Positions 18,411-27,294 of a stretch of 64,000 nt of DNA are shown one piece after another. Position 1 is the stretch's first letter; each line of letters begins with the position of its first letter. Origin of the DNA: Candidatus Micrarchaeota archaeon (GTDB lineage Archaea; Micrarchaeota; Micrarchaeia; Anstonellales; Bilamarchaeaceae); NCBI GenBank assembly GCA_964552755.1, contig CAZKHX010000003.1:11899-75898 (forward strand). The letters run 5' to 3'. The notes beneath the pieces were generated by a model. That model did no database searches. It saw nothing but the letters and a program-made list of their open reading frames with translations, and was not told the DNA's origin. A program made the translations under genes and the position numbers.

Positions 18411-19559
18411 TCAGCGCTTGAGCATCCTGCAGGCCATGCAGGTGCCTTCCGCGGATGGCTCGCCGCACTTGGGGCAGGTGCCCATCCCGTATTCGCCTTC
18501 CATGCCCCTGCGCATCTCCTTCTGCACCGCGAAGAAGGCAGCGGCCATCTTCGCCTTCGTGCCCGGGAACTTCCCCTCAAGCGCGTTCATGTGCCCCTTC
18601 ACCTGCCTGCGCATCGCGCCCTCCACGTGCGGGCAGCAGCAGGCGGGCCCGAATTCGTACCCGTGCAATACTGCGTAAATTGAAACCTCCTTTTCCGTGA
18701 GCATCATCTGGGGCTTTATGCGGGGCACAAGCCTCGGGTTTTCCACGAGCGGCAGCTCCATGCGCGAGAAGCGCAGCGGCTCATTGCGCATGAGGTTGAG
18801 CATTATCGTCTGCACGATGTCGTCCAGGTTGTGCGCGATTGCGAGCTTGCTCGCGCCGAGCTCCCGCGCCTTCTTGTTGAGCAGGCGCCTGCGCAGCACC
18901 CCGCACACCGAGCAGCCGGGCTTGCTCGTCCCTTTGAGTATCGAGTCCAACGTCTTCCCGTATTCCTCCCTGAAGGAAAAAACGTGGTGCTCCACGCCTA
19001 GTTTTTTTGCCTCCTTTTTCGCATTCTCAATGGTGGAGTCCCTGTAGCCCTTTATTCCCTCGTCTATTGTGATTGCAGCCAATTCGAACGGGAAGGATTT
19101 GCGCACCTTGCTTAGCGAGTGCAGCATCGCGGTGGAATCTTTTCCGCCCGAAAGGCCCAGCGCGACCTTCTCGCCTTTTTTTATCATGCCGCGCTCGCGG
19201 ATGGAGCGCTTCACCTTCTTCCCGAAATACTCGTTGAAATGAGAAGCGCAATAGTGCCTGCGCATCGCAGGCAGGTAGGCAACCGCGGGCTTTCCGCAGG
19301 AGGAGCAGGTTTTCTTACTGCCTTTCTGAGGTTTTGCAGAAGAACTTGAAGGTGGATTGCCTGCGCCCCCTCCTTTTGCATCATGCTCATTAGGCCATCC
19401 GTGCTTTGTGCGCACTATGTCTATTTCCTGCCCTTTTTTCGCATGTGCAGTTTCAGGAACCAATTTCCCGTCCAGGAAGAGGAGCACCTCCTCGGAGCAT
19501 ATCCCAAGCCCGGCAAGCATATCCGAAAGAGCGCCCCCTCTGGAGACCTTTACCCTCAT
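18411..19559 (-). CDS. ThiS/MoaD-like ubiquitin-fold domain fused to PP-loop tRNA 2-thiolation enzyme (TtuA/Ncs6 family)
   Basis: The N-terminus MRVKVSRGGALSDMLAGLGICSEEVLLFLDGKLVPETAHAKKGQEIDIVRTKHG is ThiS-like. It is followed by a linker containing KGGG, the zinc knuckle CSSCGK...YCASHF, the PP-loop LGLSGGKDST, and a C-terminal CPKCGEPSAEGTCMAC. ATG at 19559 was chosen because the track start at 19568 is TTG. Confidence 0.7.
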   Translation of the reverse strand: MRVKVSRGGALSDMLAGLGICSEEVLLFLDGKLVPETAHAKKGQEIDIVRTKHGWPNEHDAKGGGAGNPPSSSSAKPQKGSKKTCSSCGKPAVAYLPAMRRHYCASHFNEYFGKKVKRSIRERGMIKKGEKVALGLSGGKDSTAMLHSLSKVRKSFPFELAAITIDEGIKGYRDSTIENAKKEAKKLGVEHHVFSFREEYGKTLDSILKGTSKPGCSVCGVLRRRLLNKKARELGASKLAIAHNLDDIVQTIMLNLMRNEPLRFSRMELPLVENPRLVPRIKPQMMLTEKEVSIYAVLHGYEFGPACCCPHVEGAMRRQVKGHMNALEGKFPGTKAKMAAAFFAVQKEMRRGMEGEYGMGTCPKCGEPSAEGTCMACRMLKR

Positions 19560-19582
19560 ATGCAACAATTGGGAATAGTTGG

Positions 19583-19591
19583 CTTTTTATT
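19583..19591. promoter_or_regulatory. shared bidirectional TATA-like box (CTTTTTATT)
   Basis: Its centre is 27 nt from ATG 19614 (+, eno) and 28 nt from ATG 19559 (-, Ubl-TtuA). Confidence 0.4.
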
Positions 19592-19613
19592 CCTTGCAAC
19601 AGAAGGGTGCGGC

Positions 19614-20924
19614 ATGAAGATTACGAAGGTTTCTGCAAGGGAAATTTTGGATTCGAGAGGCAACCCCACGGTGGAGGCGACCGTGCATGCGGGCACAGAA
19701 GTGCCGGGGTATGGAAAGACGAAGTACTACACTACGGACCCGAAGATGATTCCCAGTGCCGGCAAAATCACGGTGAGCGGCACCGCGGCAGCGCCTTCCG
19801 GCGCATCCAAGGGAATCCACGAGGCGGTCGAGCTACGGGACGGGGGAGAGCGCTTCGGAGGCAAGGGCGTGCTCAAGGCGGTGCGCAATGTGGAAGTGAT
19901 AAGCGGCGGGCTCGCGGGCATGGGCATCGCGGACCAGAAGGCAATAGACGGAAAGATGATTGAGCTGGACGGCACTAACGATAAGTCCAAGCTGGGCGCG
20001 AACGCAATCGTCGCCGTTTCCATGGCAGCGATGAGGGCGGCGGCCGCAGCGGAAGGAAAGCCGGTTTACGCGATGATGGGCGGGAAAGTGATGCCCGTGC
20101 CCATGCTGAACATAATCAACGGCGGCCAGCACGCGGGCAACGACCTCGCGATACAGGAGTTCATGATAATCCCCGCGGGCGCGCCTTCCTTTGCGGAGGG
20201 GCTCCGCTACGCGGCGGAAACATACCACGTACTGAAGGGGAGATTGAAGGACAAATACGGGAAATCCGCCACCAACGTTGGGGACGAGGGCGGCTTCGCT
20301 CCCCCGATGAAAACTACCGAAGAGGCGCTGGATGCAATCGTTGACAGCATTGAAGAGGCAGGGTATGCAAAGGAGATGGTGCTGGCAATGGATGCGGCCG
20401 CGTCTTCATTCTATTCCAAGGAGAAATACTCAATTGACGGGAAGGAACTCACTTCAGGGGAATTGCAGGACCACTATGCAGGCCTTCTGGGCAAGTACCC
20501 GCTCGCGAGCATAGAGGACCCGTTCCAGGAGGAGGATTTCTCCTCCTTTGCCGCATTCAACGCGAAGTTCGGGAAAGAGGTGCAGGTGGTGGGCGACGAC
20601 CTGCTCGTCACCAACCCCAAGCGCATAAAGAGGTGCATTGAGGAGAAGGCGGCCAACGCCCTCCTGCTCAAGATAAACCAGGTGGGCACGGTCACCGAGG
20701 CGCTGGAGGCGGCGCGCATGGCGCGCAAGGCGAAGATGAGGATAGTGGTGAGCCACCGCTCAGGGGAGACGTGCGACCCGTTCATCGCGGACTTCGCAGT
20801 GGGAATGGAGGCCGGGCAGATAAAGGCCGGCGCGCCCGCAAGGGGCGAGCGCAACGCGAAGTACAACCGCCTGCTGGAGATTGAAGAGGAAGCCGGGGCA
20901 GAATACCCGGAGGTGTTCGGTTGA
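19614..20924 (+). CDS. eno: enolase
   Basis: MKITKVSAREILDSRGNPTVEA..., SGASKGIHEAVELRDG and SHRSGET motifs are present. The ORF track's N-terminal extension (19383) was rejected. Confidence 0.9.
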   Translation: MKITKVSAREILDSRGNPTVEATVHAGTEVPGYGKTKYYTTDPKMIPSAGKITVSGTAAAPSGASKGIHEAVELRDGGERFGGKGVLKAVRNVEVISGGLAGMGIADQKAIDGKMIELDGTNDKSKLGANAIVAVSMAAMRAAAAAEGKPVYAMMGGKVMPVPMLNIINGGQHAGNDLAIQEFMIIPAGAPSFAEGLRYAAETYHVLKGRLKDKYGKSATNVGDEGGFAPPMKTTEEALDAIVDSIEEAGYAKEMVLAMDAAASSFYSKEKYSIDGKELTSGELQDHYAGLLGKYPLASIEDPFQEEDFSSFAAFNAKFGKEVQVVGDDLLVTNPKRIKRCIEEKAANALLLKINQVGTVTEALEAARMARKAKMRIVVSHRSGETCDPFIADFAVGMEAGQIKAGAPARGERNAKYNRLLEIEEEAGAEYPEVFG

Positions 20925-21268
20925 GCATGATGAGGGGGATAACCTCCTGGCTGGGAGAATTCCTGGTGTTCCTTGGAATACTGGGGATAATGGGGGGCTC
21001 GGGCGGGCTCGTCGCCGGGTTCGGCGCATTCGCAATAGTGTTCTCGGAGGCTTCCGCGCTCCTTCCGGGGCAGAAGCCGCCCAAGCTCCCTGACGATGTG
21101 CCTGCGCAGTTCGTGAAGAACTTCCTTTACCCCGGGCTCTGGATGCTCTTCTTCATCCTTACCGGCTCATGGTTCATGCTGGCGATAGCAATACCCACCA
21201 CGATAAAGGCGTTCTCAAAAGGCGCGGTGATGCTGGTTATTTCTTCCCCTTCTTTTTCTGCTGTGTAG
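20921..21268 (+). CDS. small integral membrane protein, unknown function
   Basis: It has three predicted hydrophobic helices. Its start overlaps the enolase stop (ATGA). There is no family motif. Confidence 0.4.
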   Translation: MSMMRGITSWLGEFLVFLGILGIMGGSGGLVAGFGAFAIVFSEASALLPGQKPPKLPDDVPAQFVKNFLYPGLWMLFFILTGSWFMLAIAIPTTIKAFSKGAVMLVISSPSFSAV

Positions 21269-21689
21269 AGGCTGGGGAAAGGGGCGTTTCCCGGCTTCCG
21301 CCGATGTGCATGGGGTAGTTATGGGAATTCTGGTCCGTGCCTATGTTCTCAAGGTCCTCAAGCTCGGGCAGCATCCTGCGCGCGCCCACGCGCCTGAGTA
21401 TCCTCAGCACCGCCTTGTCAACCTTGCGCTCCCTGTACCTGGAGAGCAGGAACAGGAAATAGAACCCGATGGAAACCCCAGTCCACACGAAAAGCACGGT
21501 GAACATCTTGCCTTCCTGCGTCTTCGGGACTATGTCCCCGTAGCCCACCGTGGTGAACGTCGTCGTCATGAAATATATGGAATCCAGCCAGTCCCAGCCC
21601 TCGATATTATGGTAAACAATCATCCCGGTTGCATACAAAATGAGGAGGAGCAGGATTGAAAACACGAAATTTTTCGCAACCTTCTCCAT
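21237..21689 (-). CDS. two-TM potassium channel (ion_trans_2 type)
   Basis: The selectivity filter TTVGYGD lies in FMTTTFTTVGYGDIVP, flanked by two TM helices. Confidence 0.75.
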   Translation of the reverse strand: MEKVAKNFVFSILLLLILYATGMIVYHNIEGWDWLDSIYFMTTTFTTVGYGDIVPKTQEGKMFTVLFVWTGVSIGFYFLFLLSRYRERKVDKAVLRILRRVGARRMLPELEDLENIGTDQNSHNYPMHIGGSRETPLSPASTQQKKKGKK

Positions 21690-21766
21690 GCGGGAACTTA
21701 GGAGTTAAGGTTTTAAACCGTTTCCGGGCATACATAACACTCAATTTGTATTCGATAGGTGTGTTC

Positions 21767-21958
21767 ATGGCAATCAAAGTCTGCGAAAGGTGCGGGGAGA
21801 AAACCGCCAAGCTGGACGAATGCAATTACTGCAACAGGAGCGCCTGCGTCTCGTGCATAAAGAGCTCGAAGAGGGCAGGCAAAGGGGAAAAGCTCAGGAT
21901 CTGCAAGGACTGCTGGTCCAACATGAGGAAGAGGAAGCGCTTCAAGTCAACCTCCTAG
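21767..21958 (+). CDS. small zinc-ribbon protein
   Basis: MAIKVCERCGEKTAKLDECNYCNRSACVSCIK...ICKDCWSNM contains four CxxC pairs. The track ORF was trimmed to its first ATG. Confidence 0.45.
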   Translation: MAIKVCERCGEKTAKLDECNYCNRSACVSCIKSSKRAGKGEKLRICKDCWSNMRKRKRFKSTS

Positions 21959-24774
21959 GGCTGCTTCCTTATCTTCACCCTTACGAGCCTCCCGTCTATT
22001 TTCCAGCCCTTGTCATCGTCGCCCAGCTTGGCGAATGTGATTTTGGAGGAATTGGACGCCTCTGCAATCCCCTTTTCGCATGATTTCAGTATTTCGCCGA
22101 GCTCGCCTTCCGCGTCTATCGTGGTGGATATCTTGTCCTTCTCCACGAGGTCCTTTTCCTTCCTCAGCATCTGAATCCTGCGGATTACCTCGTTCCTCAT
22201 CGCTTCCGCGTAGAGCTCGCTGCTCATCTCGGAATTGAGGTATATCCTCGCAAGGGGAGTTTCGGAGGAGGCGAACTTCTTGTTCTCCTCGCCCGCGGAG
22301 ATGGACTTCACGTTGATTAGCTTCCGGAATATCGGCGCGAGCTCCCCGACCGCTTCCGCAAGGTCATGGGAGGACGTGCGCACGTATGCCTCTGCAAGGG
22401 GCCAGCGGAGCTTCACCCCTTCCTTCTGCCTGAGCTCAAGGAACGCGGGGAGCAGCTCGCGCACGTACTCAAACCTCTTCTCAAGCAGGGGATCTATTTC
22501 CGCACCGGGCTCCTCTATTGCAAAAATGGAGATGCTCGGCTCCCTTTCGTACTTCTTGAAGAAGTTGAGGTAGGAATATTCGGAAATGAACGGGCAGATG
22601 GGCGCGAGCAGCTTGAGGGTGGTGAACATGCATTCATAGAGTGCCTGCAGCGCGGCTTTGCCTTCGCCCTTCGCTATCCTGTCCTTTGCCATCTTCATGT
22701 AGAACTTGCTCAGGTCCTCCACGAGGAACTGCTTCAGCGCCTTTGCCGCCCTGCTCATCTCGTAATCATTGAACGCGGCATTGTATTCCTTCTCAAAATT
22801 GGCAAGGCGGGAAAGTATCCACCTGTCCTCCACTGCAGGCTCCTCCCCCCCTATCTTCTTTGAGGGGTAGAAGCGCGTAAGATAGACGTGCAGATTGAAC
22901 AATACGTCCAACACCCCTGAGGCCTCCTTCAATTCGGTCCACGTGAATTTCTGCTCCTCCCAGAGGGTGTTCGAAAGCCCCCAGAGGCGGAAGCTGTCCG
23001 CGCCCGCCTTTTCCATGATTTCCTCAAGCGGCACGAAGTTGCCCACGGACTTGCTCATCTTCTCTCCTTTTTCGTCCACGAAGAAGCCGTGCATGACGCA
23101 GCGCTTGTACGGGCACTTGCCGTTTCTCACGAGCCCGGAGCCAAGCAGGGAATAGAACCACCCCCTTATCTGGTCCTGGCCCTCCAGTATTACCTCTGCC
23201 TGGCCGCAGGTTTCCCTTTCCTTCGGGCTGAGGGAAGCCCATACCGCGTTCCCGGAGTCAAACCACACGTCCAGCACGTCCGGCACGCGGGACATCTCCT
23301 CCCCGCACTTGCATTTGAACTTCACCGCATCTATCCACGGGCGGTGCAGGTCCTTTATCTCGCCGAGCTCCTTTGCCTTCCCGATAACCTTGAGCTCCCC
23401 GCACTTGCCGCATCTCCATATCGGGAGCGGAATGCCCCAGTACCTCTGCCTCGAGATGCACCAGTCCGGAGCGTTGGCGATGAACTCCTTGAAGCGCGTG
23501 CGCGCGAAGTCCGGCTGCCAGAAGGTCGCCTCCGCCTCCGCGAGCATCTTGTCCCGGAGTTTTGAAATGGTAATGAACCATTGCTTGGTCGTGAGGAAGA
23601 TGAGGGGCGACTTGCACCTCCAGCAGTGGGGGTACCTGTGCTTTATCCTTGCCTCGTGCAGCAGCACATCATGCCCCTTGAGGATTTCTATTATTTCCGG
23701 GTTGGATGCGCGCACGTTCCTGCCTTTCAGCCTGCCTGCCTCTTCGGTGTAGTTCCCCTGCCCGTCCACCGGGCAGAAGGGCTCTATTCCGAACCGCTTG
23801 CCGATGATGAAGTCCTCGGGCCCGTGGCCGGGCGCGGTGTGCACAAGGCCGGTGCCTTCCTCCAGCGTAACGTACTCGTCGCTGAGCACCACCTTCCTGT
23901 CATATTCCTTTGCAATCACGTCCTGGAACGGGTGCTCGTAGCGGGCGCCATCCAGCTTTTTCCCTATGAACTCCTCCTGCACCGAGCCGCTCTCGCCGAG
24001 CAGGCCCATGAGGTAATCGAGGCGCTCCTTTGCAAGCACCCAGAACTCGTGCCCGACCTTCACCTTCACATAATAGTAATTGGGGTGGGCCATCACCGCC
24101 ATGTTGGAAACAAGCGTCCAGGGCGTGGTGGTCCACACTATGAGGAACTCGTTGTCCCTGTCCTTTATGCGAAACTTCACGAATATGCTCGGGTCGGTTT
24201 CATCGTCGTATTCCAGCTCGTAGTTCGCCATCGTGGTCTCGCACCTGTAGCAGTACGGGAGAACGTAGACTCCTTCGCTGAGCAGGCCCTGCTCGTGCGC
24301 GCTCCTTATCGTTTCCCACGAGGCCTCGATGTAAGAATCTTTGTACGTAATGTACGGGTCGCCCCAGTCCATCCACACCCCGAGGCGCTGGAACTGGTCC
24401 CCCATAACCCCCACATACTTGGTCGCGAACTCCTTGCAGTGCTTTATGAACTTCTCAATTCCCTTCTTCTCTATCTCCATCTTGTTCTTGATGCCCATCT
24501 CCTTCTCCACTTTCACCTCGATGGGCAGTCCATGGGTGTCGTAGCCGGGCTGGGCGCGCACGTTGAAGCCCCTGCCGCGCCAATACCTGCATAGCGCGTC
24601 CTTCGCGCACTTGTTCCAGCCGGTGCCGGGGTGTATCTGGCCGGTTGCATATGGCGGGCCGTCGCAGAAGTAATAATGCTCCCCCTTTGCCCTGCTCTCC
24701 TTCACTTTCTCGTAGATTTTGTTCTTCTTCCAGTATGAAAGAACCTCTTCCTCTACCTTGCCGTGGTCGTACAT
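21955..24774 (-). CDS. ileS: isoleucyl-tRNA synthetase
   Basis: FCDGPPYATGQIHPGTGWNK (HIGH region), GYDTHGLPIE, PDWCISRQRYWGIPLPIW and KMSKSVGN are present. At 939 aa it is short for an IleRS. Confidence 0.85.
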   Translation of the reverse strand: MYDHGKVEEEVLSYWKKNKIYEKVKESRAKGEHYYFCDGPPYATGQIHPGTGWNKCAKDALCRYWRGRGFNVRAQPGYDTHGLPIEVKVEKEMGIKNKMEIEKKGIEKFIKHCKEFATKYVGVMGDQFQRLGVWMDWGDPYITYKDSYIEASWETIRSAHEQGLLSEGVYVLPYCYRCETTMANYELEYDDETDPSIFVKFRIKDRDNEFLIVWTTTPWTLVSNMAVMAHPNYYYVKVKVGHEFWVLAKERLDYLMGLLGESGSVQEEFIGKKLDGARYEHPFQDVIAKEYDRKVVLSDEYVTLEEGTGLVHTAPGHGPEDFIIGKRFGIEPFCPVDGQGNYTEEAGRLKGRNVRASNPEIIEILKGHDVLLHEARIKHRYPHCWRCKSPLIFLTTKQWFITISKLRDKMLAEAEATFWQPDFARTRFKEFIANAPDWCISRQRYWGIPLPIWRCGKCGELKVIGKAKELGEIKDLHRPWIDAVKFKCKCGEEMSRVPDVLDVWFDSGNAVWASLSPKERETCGQAEVILEGQDQIRGWFYSLLGSGLVRNGKCPYKRCVMHGFFVDEKGEKMSKSVGNFVPLEEIMEKAGADSFRLWGLSNTLWEEQKFTWTELKEASGVLDVLFNLHVYLTRFYPSKKIGGEEPAVEDRWILSRLANFEKEYNAAFNDYEMSRAAKALKQFLVEDLSKFYMKMAKDRIAKGEGKAALQALYECMFTTLKLLAPICPFISEYSYLNFFKKYEREPSISIFAIEEPGAEIDPLLEKRFEYVRELLPAFLELRQKEGVKLRWPLAEAYVRTSSHDLAEAVGELAPIFRKLINVKSISAGEENKKFASSETPLARIYLNSEMSSELYAEAMRNEVIRRIQMLRKEKDLVEKDKISTTIDAEGELGEILKSCEKGIAEASNSSKITFAKLGDDDKGWKIDGRLVRVKIRKQP

Positions 24775-24780
24775 CGGGAA

Positions 24781-25125
24781 TCACTCCTTCTTGAAAAGCA
24801 TCGTCCTGAGCGGCCCGAGCGTCGCAAGCGCGGCAACGAGCAGGGCGGGGAAAGCAACGCTCGCAATCAGGTAAAGCCCGAGGCCGGTCTTGAGCGCGGC
24901 GGCGAGGAATGCAACCGCAAATACGAATATGCCGAAGATTATGGGCATCCCCTGGTGCTCGAGCTTCGAGGCCAGCGTGTAGGCCGTGAAAGCGAAAACG
25001 AGCAGGAACGCTATCGACACTATCGGCTGCTCGCCGAGGCCGAACAGGTTTATCCCCACGGCCGCAACCGAGAACACTGAGGCAAGCAGCGTCGCGAAAA
25101 GGAGTTCCCTCTGCCGTGCGTCCAT
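24781..25125 (-). CDS. small 4-TM membrane protein, unknown function
   Basis: It has four hydrophobic helices and sits 6 nt upstream of ileS and 9 nt downstream of the KaiC-like gene. Confidence 0.45.
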   Translation of the reverse strand: MDARQRELLFATLLASVFSVAAVGINLFGLGEQPIVSIAFLLVFAFTAYTLASKLEHQGMPIIFGIFVFAVAFLAAALKTGLGLYLIASVAFPALLVAALATLGPLRTMLFKKE

Positions 25126-25134
25126 TGTCCCCCT

Positions 25135-25830
25135 CTAGAAAACCCTCTCCTTTGTGAATATCTTCAGCCCGGCAGGCGTTATCTTGAACGGCACGCGCTC
25201 GCGCACGTGGTCAGTGCCCCTCATCTTGTAGATTTCAACCGCCTTGATTATCTTTTCCCCGTGGCCGAGGTTGTACAGGTTGATTATGCCGTCCATCACG
25301 AAGTGCTCTATCTCGAAGCCCATCCTCGCGAGGTCCTGCCCCGCGGCCTCCACCGTCATGAGCGCGGTGATGTCCAGGTTGCGCAGTAGGGAGAAGAACT
25401 CGAATATCGTTTCCCTGTATTCGCTGTCCTCCTTGAACGACATCTTCACCATCGTCGCGGAGTCGATTACCGCGCGCTTCACATCCTCCTCCGAAATGCT
25501 CTCCTCAAGGAGCTCGGCGATTGATTCGAGGTTGAGCTTGTCCGGCTTCACCACCTTGAGCTTTCCCTCTTCCACGAGCTGGGGGATGTCGGTGAGCTCG
25601 GAGAAGGCGCTGCTCACGTTCTCTATAAGGTCCTCCGGGGTCTCCTCAAGGGAGATGTAAATGCCGTTCTCGCCCATCTTCGCGCCCCTGTAGAGGTACT
25701 CGAAGCAGAACGTGGTCTTGCCCGCGCCGGGGCCGCCGTAGACCGCGCTGTGCCTCTTGAAGGGGATGCCCCCCTTTAGCAACTCGTCCAAACCGTCAAT
25801 GCCAGTCTTTACCCTCTCCATGAATACCAC
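25135..25830 (-). CDS. KaiC/RadA-like single-domain RecA-superfamily ATPase
   Basis: GIDGLDELLKGGIPFKRHSAVYGGPGAGKTTFCFEYLY contains the Walker A motif, and Walker B lies in RAVIDSAT. The start is GTG at 25830 or ATG at 25821. Confidence 0.7.
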   Translation of the reverse strand: MVFMERVKTGIDGLDELLKGGIPFKRHSAVYGGPGAGKTTFCFEYLYRGAKMGENGIYISLEETPEDLIENVSSAFSELTDIPQLVEEGKLKVVKPDKLNLESIAELLEESISEEDVKRAVIDSATMVKMSFKEDSEYRETIFEFFSLLRNLDITALMTVEAAGQDLARMGFEIEHFVMDGIINLYNLGHGEKIIKAVEIYKMRGTDHVRERVPFKITPAGLKIFTKERVF

Positions 25831-25888
25831 TCTTTAGTCGTATTCCATTGATAATGTTTATATTCTTAAGTCCCTGAATTAACCGCGG

Positions 25889-26452
25889 ATGAAAAAAGTC
25901 ATTGTGCTGGAAGGCCTTGACGGCTGCGGCAAGGATACGCAGATAGAACTGCTGAAGAAAACGCATGAGTTCTGCCTTTTCCAGTACCCCACAAGCAACT
26001 TCCCCCTTCTCAGGGAATACCTTGACGGGAAAGCGCACCTGCACCCCAAGAGCGTGTTCCTGCTCTTCCTCTCGGACATTGCGAACGAGCAGGAGAAGGT
26101 TGCCAGCGTGGAAGGCCTTGCGGTGCTGAACCGGTACGTGCACTCCACAATATCATACCAATTGAAGGGCGTGGGCTATGAAGAAGCGAAAGCGGTGGTC
26201 AGCGAAATGGGCTACATTGAGCCTGATTTAGTCATATTGCTCGACATTCCCCCGGAAGTTGCGGCCAGGAGGAAGGCGAAACAGAAGACGCCAGACCGCT
26301 ACGAAAGCGACGTGGAGTACCTGCGCGGGGTGCGCGGGCGCTTCCTCAAGCTCGCAAGCGAGGGCTTCCTCGCGAAGAAATGGGCGGTTGTGGACGCCTC
26401 AAAGCCGGTTGAGGAAGTGCACGCGGAAATCTTCTCCCTCCTTGAGAAATAA
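25889..26452 (+). CDS. tmk: thymidylate kinase
   Basis: The P-loop VLEGLDGCGKDTQ is present and the size is typical (187 aa). A TATA-like TTTATATT lies ~28 nt upstream. Confidence 0.8.
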   Translation: MKKVIVLEGLDGCGKDTQIELLKKTHEFCLFQYPTSNFPLLREYLDGKAHLHPKSVFLLFLSDIANEQEKVASVEGLAVLNRYVHSTISYQLKGVGYEEAKAVVSEMGYIEPDLVILLDIPPEVAARRKAKQKTPDRYESDVEYLRGVRGRFLKLASEGFLAKKWAVVDASKPVEEVHAEIFSLLEK

Positions 26453-26504
26453 TGTGAGAAAGTGGTAAAAGAAGGTTTATAACCCTTGCCTTCGTTATTT
26501 ATGC

Positions 26505-27266
26505 ATGGCACATGCGATTGAGATACGCTTCAGTGTACCCCCTAAAGCAAACGATGGCAAGAGGGAATATTCAAAGCCCAGGATACTGCACTCGGTGAAG
26601 GCGCCGTATATCAAATGGGACGCATACAACAAGATGCTCAACACCGTTTATTCCAGGGTAAGGGAGCGCGGGGGCACAGGGGCAGCCGTAAGGGCGATGA
26701 GGGGCGTCAGGGGCGCGGTTTCCTCAGGGATTGAGTGCGGCAATTTCGTTGCAAAGGGCATTGCAAGGCCCAGCACCCTGGACGTCATTGAAAAGGCGAG
26801 GGAGCTCGGAGGGAAGCATGCTGCCGCGCTCGCGGTCACGACCATGGTCGGGATGCTCAACAGGGATTATGCGAACGGGACTTCAAGGCTCAGGCAATTC
26901 ATCAGCTATTTCAGGAACACCCCGGAAGTTCAGGGCGCGCTCGAGCACGCCGCTTACATTGGGACGCACGGGCAGGCGGCGCAGTACATAGCGCTGAGGC
27001 TCCCGGGCAAGCTGGAGCCGCGCAGCATACTGGAGGCGCTGGCCGCATTCCGGGAAACTTATGTGGAGCACGGCGCGGAAGCCGCGGGCGAGGTGGCGTT
27101 CGAAGTGTGCCGCATAAGCGCGATAAGGGGCTGCAAGGGGCTGGAAACCCCAGCGCAAATTGAAGACAGGATTTCCTCCATGAGGCTGAAAACCCTTGCC
27201 GGGAAGCCCGTAAGGAACAAGGACGGAGTCCTCGAGTGGCTGCCCGTTGACCAGCAAAACATTTAA
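26505..27266 (+). CDS. hypothetical protein
   Basis: It is the only long ORF here not antisense to a recognisable gene. I found no motif. Confidence 0.4.
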   Translation: MAHAIEIRFSVPPKANDGKREYSKPRILHSVKAPYIKWDAYNKMLNTVYSRVRERGGTGAAVRAMRGVRGAVSSGIECGNFVAKGIARPSTLDVIEKARELGGKHAAALAVTTMVGMLNRDYANGTSRLRQFISYFRNTPEVQGALEHAAYIGTHGQAAQYIALRLPGKLEPRSILEALAAFRETYVEHGAEAAGEVAFEVCRISAIRGCKGLETPAQIEDRISSMRLKTLAGKPVRNKDGVLEWLPVDQQNI

Positions 27267-27294
27267 GAGTGGTTTCTCCCATAGACACTTTCAC

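Noticed and set aside
23581-24594. A 337-aa plus-strand ORF over ileS
   Set aside because: It is antisense to a confidently identified IleRS and has no motifs.
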